Below, in pieces: positions 24,384-39,037 of a stretch of DNA of 64,000 nt. The translations under genes were made by a program, and so were the position numbers. The DNA comes from Paraspadella gotoi (Eukaryota > Animalia > Chaetognatha): assembly GCA_051294375.1 (NCBI GenBank), contig CM119267.1, positions 19,154,773 to 19,218,772 on the forward strand. The letters run 5' to 3'. Under the pieces are notes generated by a model. That model ran no database searches, was not told the DNA's origin, and was given only the letters and a program-made list of their open reading frames with translations. The first letter of the stretch is position 1. Every line of letters begins with the position of its first letter.

Positions 24384-27349
24384 CTCTCCTATCTCTTAAA
24401 TCTCTCTCTCTCTCTCTCTCTCTTTCATCTCTCTCTCCTTTCTTTTTTTCTTGAGAGGGAGGCGAGGGGGGGGGGGAAGAGAGAGCTTTCTTATTATCGA
24501 CTTTATTTATTCCTTTTTTTATGTCATTTTATTCGATTTGGATGTCAGTTTTGAAAGCGGTTTTTCATTGTTGCTCTCCGACGATTGTGCGTTGATTGGA
24601 AACGGATTCCGCTTGCGATTTAATTATTTCAAAAATTACACAAAATCGCGAATAAAATTTAAAAAAAAATCAAAGTAGCAAAGAGATTTTAAATTTGATG
24701 ATGGAAATCGATTGTTTGAGGCAAAAAATTGATTTCATAAAATATAAATAATATATAAGAAAAAGAGTCGAAAAAAAGGTAATGGAGTCTGTTCCATTTG
24801 CTAAACCACCAATAAGAGTAGTTTTATGTGTTTAAAAATAAAGATTGTGCTAGTTGCGCCTATTGGGTTATTTGCAAAAATGTTATTAATGGAATTCGGA
24901 CGCATCGGCATCGGCGCCAAAAAGGGAGAAATTGCTATAAAAAAGTAAAAAAAAAACCGGTTGCTAAAATACTATTTTTTAACCAAAAAAATAAAAATAA
25001 AAATTTTCTTTTTTTTTTTTGTTTCCCAATTTTTTGGTGGAAAAAGCTGAAAAACTTTAAAGAATTACATAACGCTTACGACCAAGAACAAGAAATCTCT
25101 TTGCTTCAAAAAAATCAAGAAAAAAAAGCTCTCTCTCTCTTTCCCTCACTCTCTCTCATCGCTCTCTCTCTCTCTCGCTCTTCCAACAACTCATTTAGCC
25201 AATCTGAAAAGAGCCGAATTTTTTTTTTATCAATTCCGTTCAGGGAATTTTTCAATCTTCTCGGAAAAATAAAAAACAACAGACAATAACCAAATTAAGA
25301 AAAGAAAATGGATTTGACGAGAAAAGACAATATGATTTTTAGTGTGTCCGTTTCTACAGAAAGTACGAAAGATAAGAAAGATATTTAAAAAATATTTATT
25401 AAATATTCAATCAGACAGAAGACGCAGACGCAAACAAAATGTAATCAATCCAAAAAGAAGGGACTAGAAATTATGCAAAATAATCATGAGGAGAAAAAAG
25501 ACAAAAATGAATATGTAAGGCGTTTACTGAATTTTGGCGGTGGTTTTAAAATAAATCAAAATCGTGATAGCGAACAAGCAAAAAAAAATTTAAAAATGTA
25601 CGCAATTATATTATATACAATATTATATATTATATACATTTAAATGCTCTTAAAAGTGTTCGCAGAACCTTGTGCTTTCTTTCGCTCTAAGCTGAAAAAA
25701 AAAGTTCGTAATCCGACGAAGAAAAAAAAAAGAAAATAAGAATCGATTTTGCAAGAGGAAAAGTTAAGGCGTTCCATTCCCCGGTGGATTGCGAAGAGAC
25801 AAAGAGCGAAGTTTAGGTAAGCTAAAGAGACAAGTTTGGGTAAGTAAAGACTAAAGCGACGAGTCCTATGTAGAGCCAAAGCGAATTCCTTTTTTTTTCT
25901 CGAAGAATAAGAGGAAGTGTTGAAGAAAAAGCATTCAAATGTAAATGTTAATTTCGCACCCGAAAAAATAAATTGATTGCGTCAGTGGATTCAGAGGTCA
26001 AGAGGTCAGCGGATCGCATCCTGAATCGAGAGAAAGAAGCAAAACTTGAGAAAAAAAAAGAAGCAAATTAACAATCCATTCAAATCTTTGAAAAAACAAA
26101 ATTGACTTGACAATTCTGAGAAGATTAAGTTTTCAAAGAAAATCCGACTGGGAATTAGAGAAGGAAGAAAAAAAAGAGTGAATCGAGTTGATGAGGCAGA
26201 AGTCTCACCCGAGTTTCACTTTAGTCCTCACAAAGGAGTCTCCCTGAACTCCTCTGGAATTTTTCGCTTGAACCGCGTTAAAGTCTCGCCGAGGTGCCCG
26301 TGAACCGCGTAATGAAAATCTTTTGCCATGATTTTTTAAAATGAGGATTTTTAAAATTGTTTTTATGAAAGGTAAATGAAAATTGCAGCGGACGGTCACA
26401 CAACAAGAAACCTATTTTTTCTTCGTTAACAATTCTCATTATTGTGAAATCGTTGACTTCCTTTAATGTCATTAAATTAATTATTCAATTATTGCTGATT
26501 ATACTTTTAAAGATACGTCTGCTAATCCCTAATACTTACATTTTAAGGCATTTTGGTTAGCTTTCATTTTAGTCGTACATTGGAAAGAATATTTGAACGC
26601 GATTAAACGTGCAATAACACGCAAACCCTTTTAGGCAAAAAGCCAAACTCACTCTTTGCCTCACCCTTTCCGAGTCTCCACGGCAGCTCAGGACGCTTAC
26701 TCTCAAATCCTACGCATCTCCCAGTCGCCAACCGACAAACTTCGATCCGACAAACAAGGAGCGAAAAAATTTAGGGGGAGAGGTAGTTGGGGCGCGGGTA
26801 GAAAAAACAAGGAGGGAAGGGGCGGTAGGAAAAAAATCCCGGAGAAAAATCGAATCTTTTGTTTCGAATTCGCGAGCTGTCATCCAGTGGAAAAAGTGGA
26901 TAATGTCAGCCTCGATTCTCTGCCGCACCCCCTCCTAAACGGCGCCAACCACCCGTGAACTTTCTCATCCCTTTTTTTACGACTTTCAACTTAATGCACA
27001 ACCGATGCTTTTTTGTTTGCTGCAATACTCGCTTAATGGCACGCACACTTTTTTTTTTCAAACATCCAAATGCACTATCAAAATTTGTTGTTTACATTGT
27101 AGCGGACTTCATTACATTTCAATCAATTACTCCTTGGCGGTTTTAAAATTAACGTATCCGTACATGATACACACATTAACTCTATCCTTATACAACAATT
27201 CATCGGCAGATATGAGAAAAAATGAAAGAAAAAGGGAGGCAGACAGAGAAAAAAAGACAGCAAAAATAGAATGGCGAAGGAAATTGAAGCTGTCTGGTTC
27301 TCGTGATGTGTGCGTGTGTGAGTGAGTGAGCGAGAGAGAGACGAGAGAG

Positions 27350-27413
<64 letters not shown>

Positions 27414-28158
27414 GGGAAGAGCTTGGTTATCAACTTATTTTCAATTATAAAGGGTTTGGATTACACAAAAGGCGATAATTAAATGGCAACTATAATAATC
27501 AAAAGAATCATTGATCTCTCGTTAATTCAATATAAAACAGATATTGAATTAACGATGATCATAATTCCTTAAAGATTGGGGTCAATGATTTGGTTATTCT
27601 GGAACATAAGTGACCAGTAGATTTTTTTTATTAAAAAATTGGAGGATTAATAGTTTAAAATAAATAACAGTCGATGACCTGACTTACAAAACGCTCAAAA
27701 AAAGTTCCTAATTCCGATTTAATTAACTCGATGAGAGACTGAAGTTGTCCAACTGGCCTGCTAGTGGCACAGGGTCCGATCGGTCACCTCGCCGTCCTTG
27801 CTATCTGCAACGGTCCGTGCATTTTCCTGAGAAGCTGCGACGGGGACCGACTCTGCTCCGCGGCGGGGTAAGGCCTTCGGGTGGGTAAGCCCTATCGCCG
27901 GCTGGATCGAGATTTTCCCGAAACGGGATCGAAAGATGGAAAGATGGGAATTTCTTGGTTTTCGTGAAAGTTTCGCGATTCGTTGAAGTTGCTCGCGATT
28001 CCGCGTTCCACATTTTTCGATTCGGTCGAAAATTCACAAATTCGCAGTCTAGTTTATCGAGAAACCGACCGACGACGACGACGACGACGAGACGACGAAC
28101 GACGACGACGAAGATGACACGCCCGGCCACGCACGAAGGGAAAAAAAAGGTGAGAATG

Positions 28159-28237
<79 letters not shown>

Positions 28238-28353
28238 GAGAGAGGAGAGAGAGTGGTCCATAAAAGATTCAGCTTTGTTTTAAATAGAAAAATTATTTCG
28301 GTATAATAAAAAAAAAATCCGGGAAGAAGAATAGACGATATCCTGAAGAATGA

Positions 28354-28354
<1 letters not shown>
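23190..28354 (-). repeat. Approximately 5.2-kb block that is the reverse complement of 41686-46952
   Basis: Identical ORF translations on opposite strands (27955..28263+ vs 41776..42084-; 27005..27325+ vs 42714..43034-). End anchors are aaagttatcctttt / aaaaggataactt and tcctgaagaatga / tcattcttcagga. Confidence 0.95.
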
Positions 28355-28387
<33 letters not shown>

Positions 28388-29008
28388 GTCTCGATATAAC
28401 TAGACTGCGAATTTGTGAATTTTCGACCGACGAAAAATGTGACGCGGAATCGCGAGAACTTCACGAATCGCGAAACTTCACGAAAACCAAGAAATTCCCC
28501 TCTTTCCATCTTTCGATCCCGTTTCGGGAAAAATCTCGATCCAGCCGGCGATGGCCTTACCCACCCGAGCCTTACCCCGCCGCGGAGCAGAGTCGGTCCC
28601 GTCGCAGCTCTCTGAAAATGCGCGGCGTTGCAGATAGCAAGGACGGGAGGTTAACACGATCGACCCTGTGCCACTGGCAGCCAGTTGGAACTTCAGTCTC
28701 TCATCGGTTAATTAAATCGGAATTAGACTTTTTTTGAGGTTGTAAGTCAAGGTCATCGACTGTATTTATGTTTAAACTATTAATCCTCCAATTTTTTAAT
28801 CAAAAAAATCTACTGGTCACTATGTCCAGAATAACCAAATCATTGACCCCAATCTTTAAGGAATTATTGATCATCGTTAATTCAATATCGTTATATTGAA
28901 TTAACGAGAGATCAATGATTCTTATGATTATAATAGTGCCATTTAATTATCGGCCTTTGTGTAATCCAAACCCTTATAATGAAAATAAGTGATAACCAAG
29001 CTCTTCCC

Positions 29009-29072
<64 letters not shown>

Positions 29073-29680
29073 CTCTCTCGTCTCTCTCTCGCTCACTCAC
29101 TCACACACGCACACATCACGAGAACCAGACAGCTTCAATTTCCTTCGCCATTCTATTTTTGTCTGTCTTTTTTTCTCTGTCTGCCTCCCTTTTTCTTTCA
29201 TTTTTTCTCATTCTGCCGATGAATTGTTGTAAGGATAGACGTTAATGTGTGTATCATGTACGATACGTTAATTTTTAAAACGCCAAGGAGTAATGATGAA
29301 TGTAATGAAGTCCGCTACAATGTAAACAACAAATTTGATAGTGCATTTGGATGTTGAAAAAAAAAATGTGCGTGCCATAAANNNNNNNNNNNNNNNNNNN
29401 NNNNNNNNNNNNNNNNNNNNNNNNNNNNNNNNNNNNNNNNNNNNNNNNNNNNNNNNNNNNNNNNNNNNNNNNNNNNNNNNNNNNNNNNNNNNNNNNNNNN
29501 NNNNNNNNNNNNNNNNNNNNNNNNNNNNNNNNNNNNNNNNNNNNNNNNNNNNNGGGGGGTGGCGCCGTTTAGGAGGGGGTGGGCAGAGAATCGAGGCTGA
29601 CATTATCCACTTTTTCCACTGGATGACATTTTCGCGAATTCGAAAAAAAGATTCGATTTTTCCTCGGGATTTTTTTTTCC
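28354..29680 (-). repeat. Fold-back (inverted) copy of about 26830-28095
   Basis: gataccaagctcttcccctct-type and ggattttttttcc anchors match the reverse complement of 26830-28095, with scattered indels. Confidence 0.9.
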
Positions 29681-30124
29681 ACAGTAGTAATACTCAACAT
29701 ATATACAACCATTCGCACTCGACTATTTTCATTCTTTACAACACGATCTTCGTGATCATTAAAACCCTACGTTGGACAGGTGCAGGACAGGTTGTTATAA
29801 TTGAATGATAATAAGTTTTATATTGTTTTGGACCAGTTCCAGTTGCTGTCATATTCAGGTGCTGATTCGGTTTACCATGTCTTTCTCATTTCCAATCATC
29901 GAACTCTCACACTCCAGTTCACAGCCTCGTACCATGCTTCATTATTTTAACTTCAATTTCTTTTATTTCCAATCACGGTCATCATCTCATAAATGGTGAT
30001 CATTCACCCCAACTGTGAAATTCACAATGTCATCGTTGCCGATCCCTCGCCTAATTTTCAAACAAAAACCGTCACCATCATTCTTAGCTCCTCATTTCAT
30101 CTTCATCTCTGACCCTTTTTGCAG

Positions 30125-30250
30125 GAGAACACTCTCTCCCGGCGTCCGGTTCGCGCCGACGACGCCGCCGCCCCGGTTGACGACGACGCCGGAGTCCGCC
30201 TCGTCGACGCCCCACTTCGCCGGCGCCCAACGCCCCTTCGAATGCGCCAA
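30125..30250 (+). pseudogene. Duplicate of exon C with small indels, probably an assembly copy
   Basis: Same sequence and splice sites as 12176-12300 but with 1-nt indels. It lies in the duplicated block 29680-30375. Confidence 0.7.
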
Positions 30251-31707
30251 GTGAGTAGGTTTTCTGGCTAACCGACGCCGGGCGCCGTTTCATGGAACAA
30301 AGAAAAAAAAGAGAACGAAGGGCGGACGCTCCTTTTGTTCTGCTTTATTTCCACGGGCGCTTTTATTTTTATATGTCTGCAGGGCTGAGCAGATTCTCGA
30401 TAATTTTTTCTCCCACCAGCGTGCGTCAATCCTCGTCTCATTTAAACGATCTTGCTCGACATAAAGACTGCGTGACATTCTCTTCTCTGCTTTCGGTTGA
30501 CAGTCTCTCTTTTTTCTGCGATCTCGTTGAATGCTACTCTCTCTCTACTCTCTAACTAAATATTATATTTCGTTTTCTTTCTCATTCGCGATTCTCTGTT
30601 CGTCTTCACATTTTTCGTCTTGCTTCTGGATTCAATAATCTTCACTAACTTTCGCCAGTTCTAGCTTTATCATCTGACTGTACCTCGCATTCTGACGTAT
30701 CTTTGCGATTCTGCGTTATCTTTCCTTTGCATATTCGATCTTCGTACTGTCTTTACTTGACTCTACTCGCGTTTCTTCTCGACGTTTACTGTGTGGCTAT
30801 ACGATGACTCTGCTTCTCTGGTTCATCTCTCGTACTCCTAGTTTCCTTGATCTACGTGGTGCATCATCTCTCTCATCTCTCATACTCCTACATACATCTC
30901 TCGTCTCTCTACTGCATCTCTCTCTCATCTGAGTACGATCGTCATCTTCGATAGAGAGAGAGTAGAGATCGAGATCGAGAGGAGAAGAGATGAATGAGCA
31001 GAGATTGCACGAGTATCAGAGAGAGAGAGAGACTTGAGACTGAGAGAAGTGGTCCATTAAAAGACTTCAGCTTACCATAGGTTTAAATAGAAAATCTTAT
31101 TTCGGCCTCTACTCAACCTAACATAAAAAACATATCTCACGGAAGAATGAATATGGACTATTATCGCTGATATAGAACTTTGAAAAGATAAAATTAAGTG
31201 TAGTATATCTATAGATTCGAGTTTTAATGAGATTTATCTCTTGTGTATACGCTAATAAAAATGATTTAACAGCATGTTTCCATTGACTAGCGTATTACAC
31301 CTTAATTGGCATTTGTACACCCCTTATTTAATAAAGCCAGCTATGTGAACAACGACTCGATGCGACATGATTGTTCCGTCAGTAATATCAGTGACATCAG
31401 TCGCACATTGTATTGAGTTTTCGATGAAAAATCAATTAGTATCTATAAATAAAAATGTACATGCGAGTGCTGCTCAGATATACTAATTAAATAGGTAATG
31501 GATTTGACGCCGATGGTTTTATCTTTGATTGCGCCAAGAATTAATTTCAAATTTAAAGTGAATTTAATTTGGATTACTGAATGCTTAGTAATTAATAGTG
31601 AAAAAAATTAAGTCAGGAGGGGTTTAATGTTAATTTCCGTCTCACTGTATCTATCTCTACTGTGATCAAATGCTTCTCTAGAACTTACACTATGAGCCCA
31701 TATACGG

Positions 31708-31824
31708 GCATCCGTGGGCGTCAATTCGGTTAGTGCGCGCCGTACTTATACTTAGGATATTAGGCGAATAACGAGTGGTATTGCGGAGATAGGTGGTAGA
31801 GTTCTTGGGCCTGACCTGAGAGCA
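31708..31824 (+). pseudogene. Heavily corrupted third image of tRNA-Ile(TAT), opposite orientation
   Basis: g(ca)tccgtgggcgtcaattcggttagtgcgcgccgtacttata...gcggag...gagttc...cctgacctgagagca aligns to the tRNA with many insertions, inside the noisy segment. Confidence 0.65.
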
Positions 31825-34800
31825 TCTCTGCTTTTTAGTAGGATAGAATGCTGAAGTGCATTGCCAAGAGAATTATCTGTATCTGATATAGTTCAAATGA
31901 ATTCGAACTGATAGTGAACTATATAGAATTTCTCTTTATTACCCATTTATAGTATCGAAATTAATAGTGTACTATGTTAGACTATGTACGTACTCGGAAA
32001 ATAATACTCGTGTTTTTCTGTTAAATTATTAGTAAAAAGTACTCGGCCTGAGAAACGTAACAAGACTATAAATACACTTGCGTGTTATGTTTAAAATATT
32101 TTAAGATCTACTCAGACATATATCAGGCAATACTTGTTCTCTCGTTTCTCCGAATCGAATTATCATAATCATCGATATCATGACGATATTTCCTTGTCAG
32201 CCTCAGACAATCGCAAAACGATGATCATTATCAGTGGATCTCATTAAATATTCAACTAATGAATTTCTTTATAGCGGTTTAGAAAATGAAGAAACTAAAA
32301 AACGCTGAAGGCAAGCGACATCAAATGAGGCAATTTCTTTCTTTAATTGACTATGTATTTACCGCGAGAGGCGGAGGCGGGATTCGAGAAAGAATAGGAC
32401 TCTTAAACATATCAAAAATATTTCTGTGCTCCTTCTCTCTCTCTTCTTTCTGACTCTACAGAGTGCATCCTCTTTATCATACACTCTGGCTTGCACAATC
32501 TTTGACTCGCTCAATAACTCATATCGGTCTCTCAGTCATAACGGTCTCTCCTCATACTCTCAATTCTTCTCATCTCATCTCTCTTTCTCTGTCAATCTTA
32601 TCTCTTTCGTTGTCCTTGCTAGGCCAAACGTATCTAAGCGTATTTGGATATAGATTAGAAAACAATTTTACTACCAGATGCGTTGTTCTGGACGAGAGAT
32701 TGAATAACAAAGAATTACCAAAGTGAAGTACATATCTGAACAGCTTATAAGGAATCATTGAATAACATACATTTTAACTGTATACATTTGTCGTATGTAC
32801 TCTCAATAGAACTTACAATTTTACTAGGAGGCAATGAATCAGACGATGGACAGAGAATAAAAAAGTTAAAGTGCGAAGATTACGATTTCGCAAAAGTGAA
32901 TCTCTCTCCTCGTGCTCTCTATCTCGTCTCGCTCTCTGCTCTCTCTCATCTCTCATCTCATCTGTATTTCAGTTGATTTGCATAAGATTCGCGGGAAATC
33001 CGTTCTTTCCGACGTTTTTTTGTTTCCATATTTTCTAATTTCCTTTGATTTTTTTCTTTCAGCGATATTTTTCTGTAGCACGTCGTTATATTTGATCTAC
33101 GTATTTCTCCTCATTTACTTCTTTATTTTTTTCTGGCGCATTATGAAAAACACGCAACTACACATCCTTCTAGGAGAACAAAAAGAAAGAAAGAGAAATG
33201 CGGGAGAGAGAGATATGAAATTATTTTCGGATATGACGTGTATTATACGTGCGTGCTTTATGTGGTGCGAATAATCTGACGTCAAGGTTATATATATTAA
33301 CAAGTGAAATGATGTAACATCAGACATGACTGATATAATAGACAGAAGACGCATCCGCAGTTATCGTTTTCAAGGGAAAAAAGGGAGAGACAAAATCTCT
33401 CCTTTCCTCTGCTCGGTCTACGTGTGCTACTCTACTCTCTAATACTCTCTCTTTTCTCTAAAATACTCTTCTCAAAACTCACATATGAGAGACTTTGGAG
33501 AAAGCAAAAAAAGTTCTACTAACGTAAAAATATCCTTCTCCGGAGGGACTAAAATCTTCTTATTTCAATATTTTCTCTTTATACTCGAAACCAGAATTTG
33601 AAATGTATGAATAATTCTTAATGTTCAAACCGTATGAATTTATACGTGAGAATAGACAGAACACCCCTTATTGTTAATTTTTAACCTCCATATACTTTTT
33701 TATAGAAATAGCCTATCGAACTTTACTCTCCGTGGAATTCGCGAACTCGTCTTCTTTATTGGTCCCTTTCTAATTTTTTTTTCTCTTTTTCTTTTTTCAC
33801 AGAAGATGGTGTGTAGTTGCAAATAACACATCTTTTCATCTTACTTTTCCTTCTCTTAGTTACTTCTCTCTCGCTTTCTCTTCTCTTTGGCGCGTCATGA
33901 ACTTTTCATGTTTAGTTAAAAGATTTGTGGAGGAGTATGAACAATGTTTCGTAACGATCGCCAAAGGATCTCCGAGAGAGAGGTGGTACCAGTCGATCGA
34001 AAAAGTGTGTCGCTCGTCATGGACTGAGAATAACCTTCGCACATACCATTTAAATGGTTTTCCTTTTATACACCCACTGGAACTTCAGTTTGAAAAACGG
34101 CGAATTAAAATGAAGAACTCATTGTTAGAGATATACTACGGTTTAGAACATTTATGTTTTTGAAATTCTAGATATCGATTTGATCAGTCTTGCGTGTTCC
34201 TCCCCCTCCCCTTCCTTTTTTCTATTTTTTTTTATTTTTTTTTTTTTTTATTTCTGTTATATTATTCTTTTTTTTATTTTTCTATATTCTTTATAAATAA
34301 ACTCGATAGAGCCCCCAACTTTCTTTTTTTTTCCTCCCACCCTTTCCTCTTCTTTTATTGTATTTATTATTCTTTTTCACAATGATTTTTTTTTTCTTCT
34401 TGTTTTTCGCCTGGGATAAAGGCAATCATACATTTACTCTCACGTACTCATCTCTCTCTCCTCATCGTGCTCTCTCTCTCTTCCTCTCTCTCTCTCTACT
34501 CTTCTACTCTATCTAACTCTACATCAATCTCATCTTTCTCGTCGCATATTTTTGAGAACATTCCGATTCTCTGTCGTGCGTCTCCATCGGACTGAGCGCT
34601 CACCGGTCGCCGAACACTCCTGGGAAACGACTGCTTTATATCGATCACATCAATTTTGATTAGTAAGCTTTAAAAATTTTAAAGGGACACCCCATAGCGA
34701 TAGATGATATCTATTCTAATTCGAATGGGATGAATTGAAAATTTTATTTCCTATAGCATTATCAACAAAAATAGAATGACTTTTCACAGTCTTGGGCGTT

Positions 34801-37800
34801 TAGAGACATCTGTTATCGAACTCGCACGACGCTAGTGATAATAGAGGTTATCTTTGTTCGAATAATCGTTACTCAATTATTTAAAATAGTTTTATTCAGG
34901 CCTCCTTCTATTACTCTTTTTTTCTGTTTTTTAAAATTGACTGTAGTAAGAGAACAAAAAACCGATCATACGACTTAATATTTTAAAAGTCGCCATACGC
35001 GATACTACGCGAAAAAAAATTTTACTAGGACGCCCCGTAGTACAAGAAATTGTTTATTCAAGATATTTGACTACCCTATAATTGGTTTTTCTCATTTAAT
35101 ATGGAGAACAGAGAATTTGAGACGTTGAGAGTGTGTCTAGAAGGTCGGATTTGGTTAAGCTGTTCATTTTCTCTATTTTCTCTTCACCACTCTTCCAATA
35201 CTCTTTTCTTCTTGTGTTTAATCTTACTCCTCACTCTGGAAGAAAAGATTTCCAGTTTGAATCAGGTTCGTGTTTTATCATTCTCTCTTTGTAATATCTC
35301 GTCATCTCATCTCATCTCTCTTTCTCTCGTCTCTCTCTCTCTCTACTCAATCTCATCTCCTACTCTCTCTTACTCTCTACTCCTCAACTCATTAAATTAT
35401 GTAAGAAACCGCATCTTTACTGACCTTAATTTATAATAAATGCCTTATCTGTTACTTATTATTTGCTTTTCTCGCGGAATTAGGAATTAAAGAAATTAAA
35501 GTATAGAAGAGGAGACCAGACGGAACTGAGAGAGTGGAGACAGATGAAGAAGAGACAGAGAGGAGACGAGAGATAGGAGAGAGTACGACGATGGAGAAGC
35601 TCTTGAATGAATAGTAGGAAGGGAACTAGAGATTGGTAGAGTTGTGAGGTTGTGTAGTAGAAAAGAAAGAGAGAAAGAGTGAATATAACAGTTTTAATAA
35701 AGGATATCTAGATTCGTAACAACTTAGTTTATTTAAAAAAATATGATTTATTACGGTTTTCCGGGGTTTTGACTATTGGACATTCTGAGCTCTTTTTGTC
35801 ACGTGGACGCATCCTCGTTCTTGAAGCTTATTCGTTGCTAAGGTCTAAATCTTTACTATGGCTTTTATCATGGTCTACTTAGTTACTATCTCTTTTTAGC
35901 TGCTCCTCTCTCCTATATATTATCTACTAATTCTATTGTACCACTTTAAATCTGACTCATTACTTTTCTCACTCCTTTATATCACTTATGCGAATTCTGG
36001 ACATCTTTTTTGTGAAAAGTTGTTTCTTCTCCCCTTTGTGTTCCACGTTTCTAACTCGTTGATGCGACAGTCATGTTTTGTTCTCGCACTTTTCTGGGGT
36101 ATAGTTTTTATTCTTTGTTATGGGTTATCCTTTCACCTGTATACCTTAATTTTTTTATTTCTTCAGCGATTGTATTTTTTTATTGTTGTATTTGTTAACT
36201 TTCTACATGCTTGTGGTTTATCACAATCACTGATCATGCAACTTTTATTCATTATATATTTTTTGAATAAAATATGCTATAATTAAGTGCAATTAATTCT
36301 CTTTTGTAGGTCATAAGCGAAACTATTCTCAATGTTATTATCATTCTAATATAAATTGAACCATAAGATTGTAATTAAGAGTATTAGCAAGTTTATATAT
36401 AGTGAATTATAAAATAAATAAGCACTGTTAATAAAAGAGACAAACATCAAAGAGCAAGACTTAAATAATATCTTAGATTTAGTTAGATATCACAACGGCC
36501 CTTCTCTTCCAACCGCTTCTTTGCTAACCCCAAACCCCCCTAGGCCCCGTCATCCATCTCCCCCGTGTGTAACCGCATGGGCGCCCCTCGCTCACTCCTA
36601 AACCTTCAGCTGCGTCGCCCACGAAAATTTTCCTTTGTATCACCGTTTCCTTTACTGTCCCGTCGTGCTTGGTCTGCGATCTTATTACCTCATAGTTTTA
36701 ATTTAGAAGCTATAAAACTCCATATATTGCTCTCGTTGTGTTTTTCATTTTGAAAAAAATTCCATTCTTTGGGTGTCTCTCAAATCCTGTTATATATCTT
36801 TTTTAGACTCTCAGAATTCAATTATTTGAGAAAGAAGGAAGAGGAAAGAGCATGGCCATTTATTCGTTTAATTTTTTTCTCTGCTTCTCTCTTAAATTTT
36901 CTTTCGAGTTACATTGTTGAAATTCGTGTTTTAAAAATCTCTATTATTTTAGTTTGTGTTCAGAGAGATTATAGAATAATTTAATAGAGAGCAAAGAAAT
37001 GGAGGAGAAGAGCTAGCCAAAAGTAATAATGTATAGAGAAGCAGCGTTGAATAAAACCGAAAAAACATAAAAAAAAATAAACAATACTTAAGGTAGTTTT
37101 GATATGTCAAAAATGACACTTCGTGTTTTGTCAGCCCGGTGCGACGACGCATTTCCTCAAATCAGTATTCGCTTTTTTTCGCCCGGACGTGGGCGGACTC
37201 GTGGCTAGGGCGTCGTCGTTATCATACACAACGAAATTAGTCGAATTAAAGTAAACATACCGAACGATCGTTGTTAACTTGCTTCGGGCATAAGTTCCTT
37301 ATAAGGTGTTTTATTCTATGGGTAGACCTAAGATAAGCCAAAATCGTTTATTTCCTTATCATGCTTTTTCTTGATTACTCTCAACTACGTGAATTTCCTT
37401 AAAATTCGCCAATTAAAAAAACTATATTATTTTATTTTAGAAATATATTTATGAACGTATTTTATAAAAACAATAAAATCCAGTAGATTAAGATAGTTAC
37501 AAGCGTTACTCACTCCATTTACATTTCACAACAGAAAATTATGCGAACATAGAAGTCTCGGCCGCGACTTATTCATAAAAAATATTTCTAATCAATTTTT
37601 CCCCGATGTCTCAGCCCCGTCTCTCTACCTCTCTCCTCTCATCTCTACTCTTCTCCTCTCTGCTACGTCTCTCTCTGACTCTTCTTCTCTACTCTCTCTC
37701 CTTCTCTTCTCTCTTCTCTAATTTCTCTCTTTTCCGATATCTATGTCGAGTAGGTTTGTCTCCGTGTTATTCTAATATCGCCTCAATACAATACTTATCG

Positions 37801-38899
37801 TCTTTCAACCTTTTTTCATCTTCTTTTTCAACTTTTTTTGTCTGCTGCTGGGCTATTAATTTAAATAAAATAAATATTTATAAGAAAATACATTGGACGA
37901 TAACGAAGAGAGAAAAAAGAAACGTCGACGTCAAACCGAGAAAAAATTGATTACCAGAAAAGAGCGGGAATAGGCGTAACGTTTAGAAGGAAGAGAGTCA
38001 AGAAAAAATATTTGGATAAGAGAAGAAAGAAGAGAGAAGTGGACACGAAATGAGATTGTTTTGTTATTTCGACACTTCTTGACTTTATTTTCGTGCATCT
38101 CTTGGAGCTTTTATCCGAACATTTCCATAGTTAAGTTAGAGAAAGACTCAATTTTGGGGATGAAATAAGAAAAAGACGGTTACCAAGAATTCTTCTCTCT
38201 CTCTCTCGTCTTACTGAGCATCTCTCTCTTACTTACTCTCTCATGCATCTCGTCAGACCAAACCACGTCACGGCATAGTCGCTTATCTATTTCTTCCACT
38301 CTAGGAGCAATCGTTAAAAAGGTCACTTTTTTATAAATAAGACTTATCAGTATCGATCTAAATACTTGAGAGCATATTTTTTCTCTCTCCTTCTTTCTCT
38401 CTTCTTCGTTCATACCTGAAGCAACTTATGAAAACAAATTTCATAATTTTTTTTATTGCTGCGTGCAATTTTTAGTTGAGAACGCCTACCTTAGTACTAA
38501 GGATAGAAAAAAAAACAAAAAACAAAACTTAGTAATAGCCAAAGAACAAAAAAAAAATTAGTCGAACGAAAGTATCGACGGGCGGCGGTAATATAAAAAC
38601 CGAAATTCCGTAAATCAGTCCGTCTGTTCCGTCCGTACGTGCCAGTTTATAGTAGTTTTTATGTGTTGTCATATAATTAAGTTACACCAAGACACGGCTC
38701 GTCGAGGGCTGGTCTCGTACTCGTAAAAGCACCACTTGCGTGCTTGAACTAACACTGACAGAGGAAGCAGTTTAGGTTTACATAATTTCAACTTATTTAA
38801 CCATTTAAAATATACTTTCGTTACAAGTTTTTTATTCCTCATATAAGTATTGATACCGGATCCTTCATACGTACAGATCTATTAACTAAGTCGAGCATG

Positions 38900-38972
38900 T
38901 TGGCCAATTATATAATGATCTCTTCAGCGTATGCCAATGATCCTGACTCTTTTTCTCTCTCTCTCTCTCTCT

Positions 38973-39037
<65 letters not shown>

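Larger units (their letters stand above)
29680..38900 (+). repeat. Direct copy of about 11722-20500; near-clean over 29680-30375, then very noisy and insertion-rich
   Basis: Collinear anchors: cacagtagtaatactc (11724/29680), gtaacgatcgccaaaggatctc (14928/33951), aaaccttcagctgcgtcgcccacg (18682/36601), catagaagtctcggccgcgactt (19470/37548). Confidence 0.9.
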
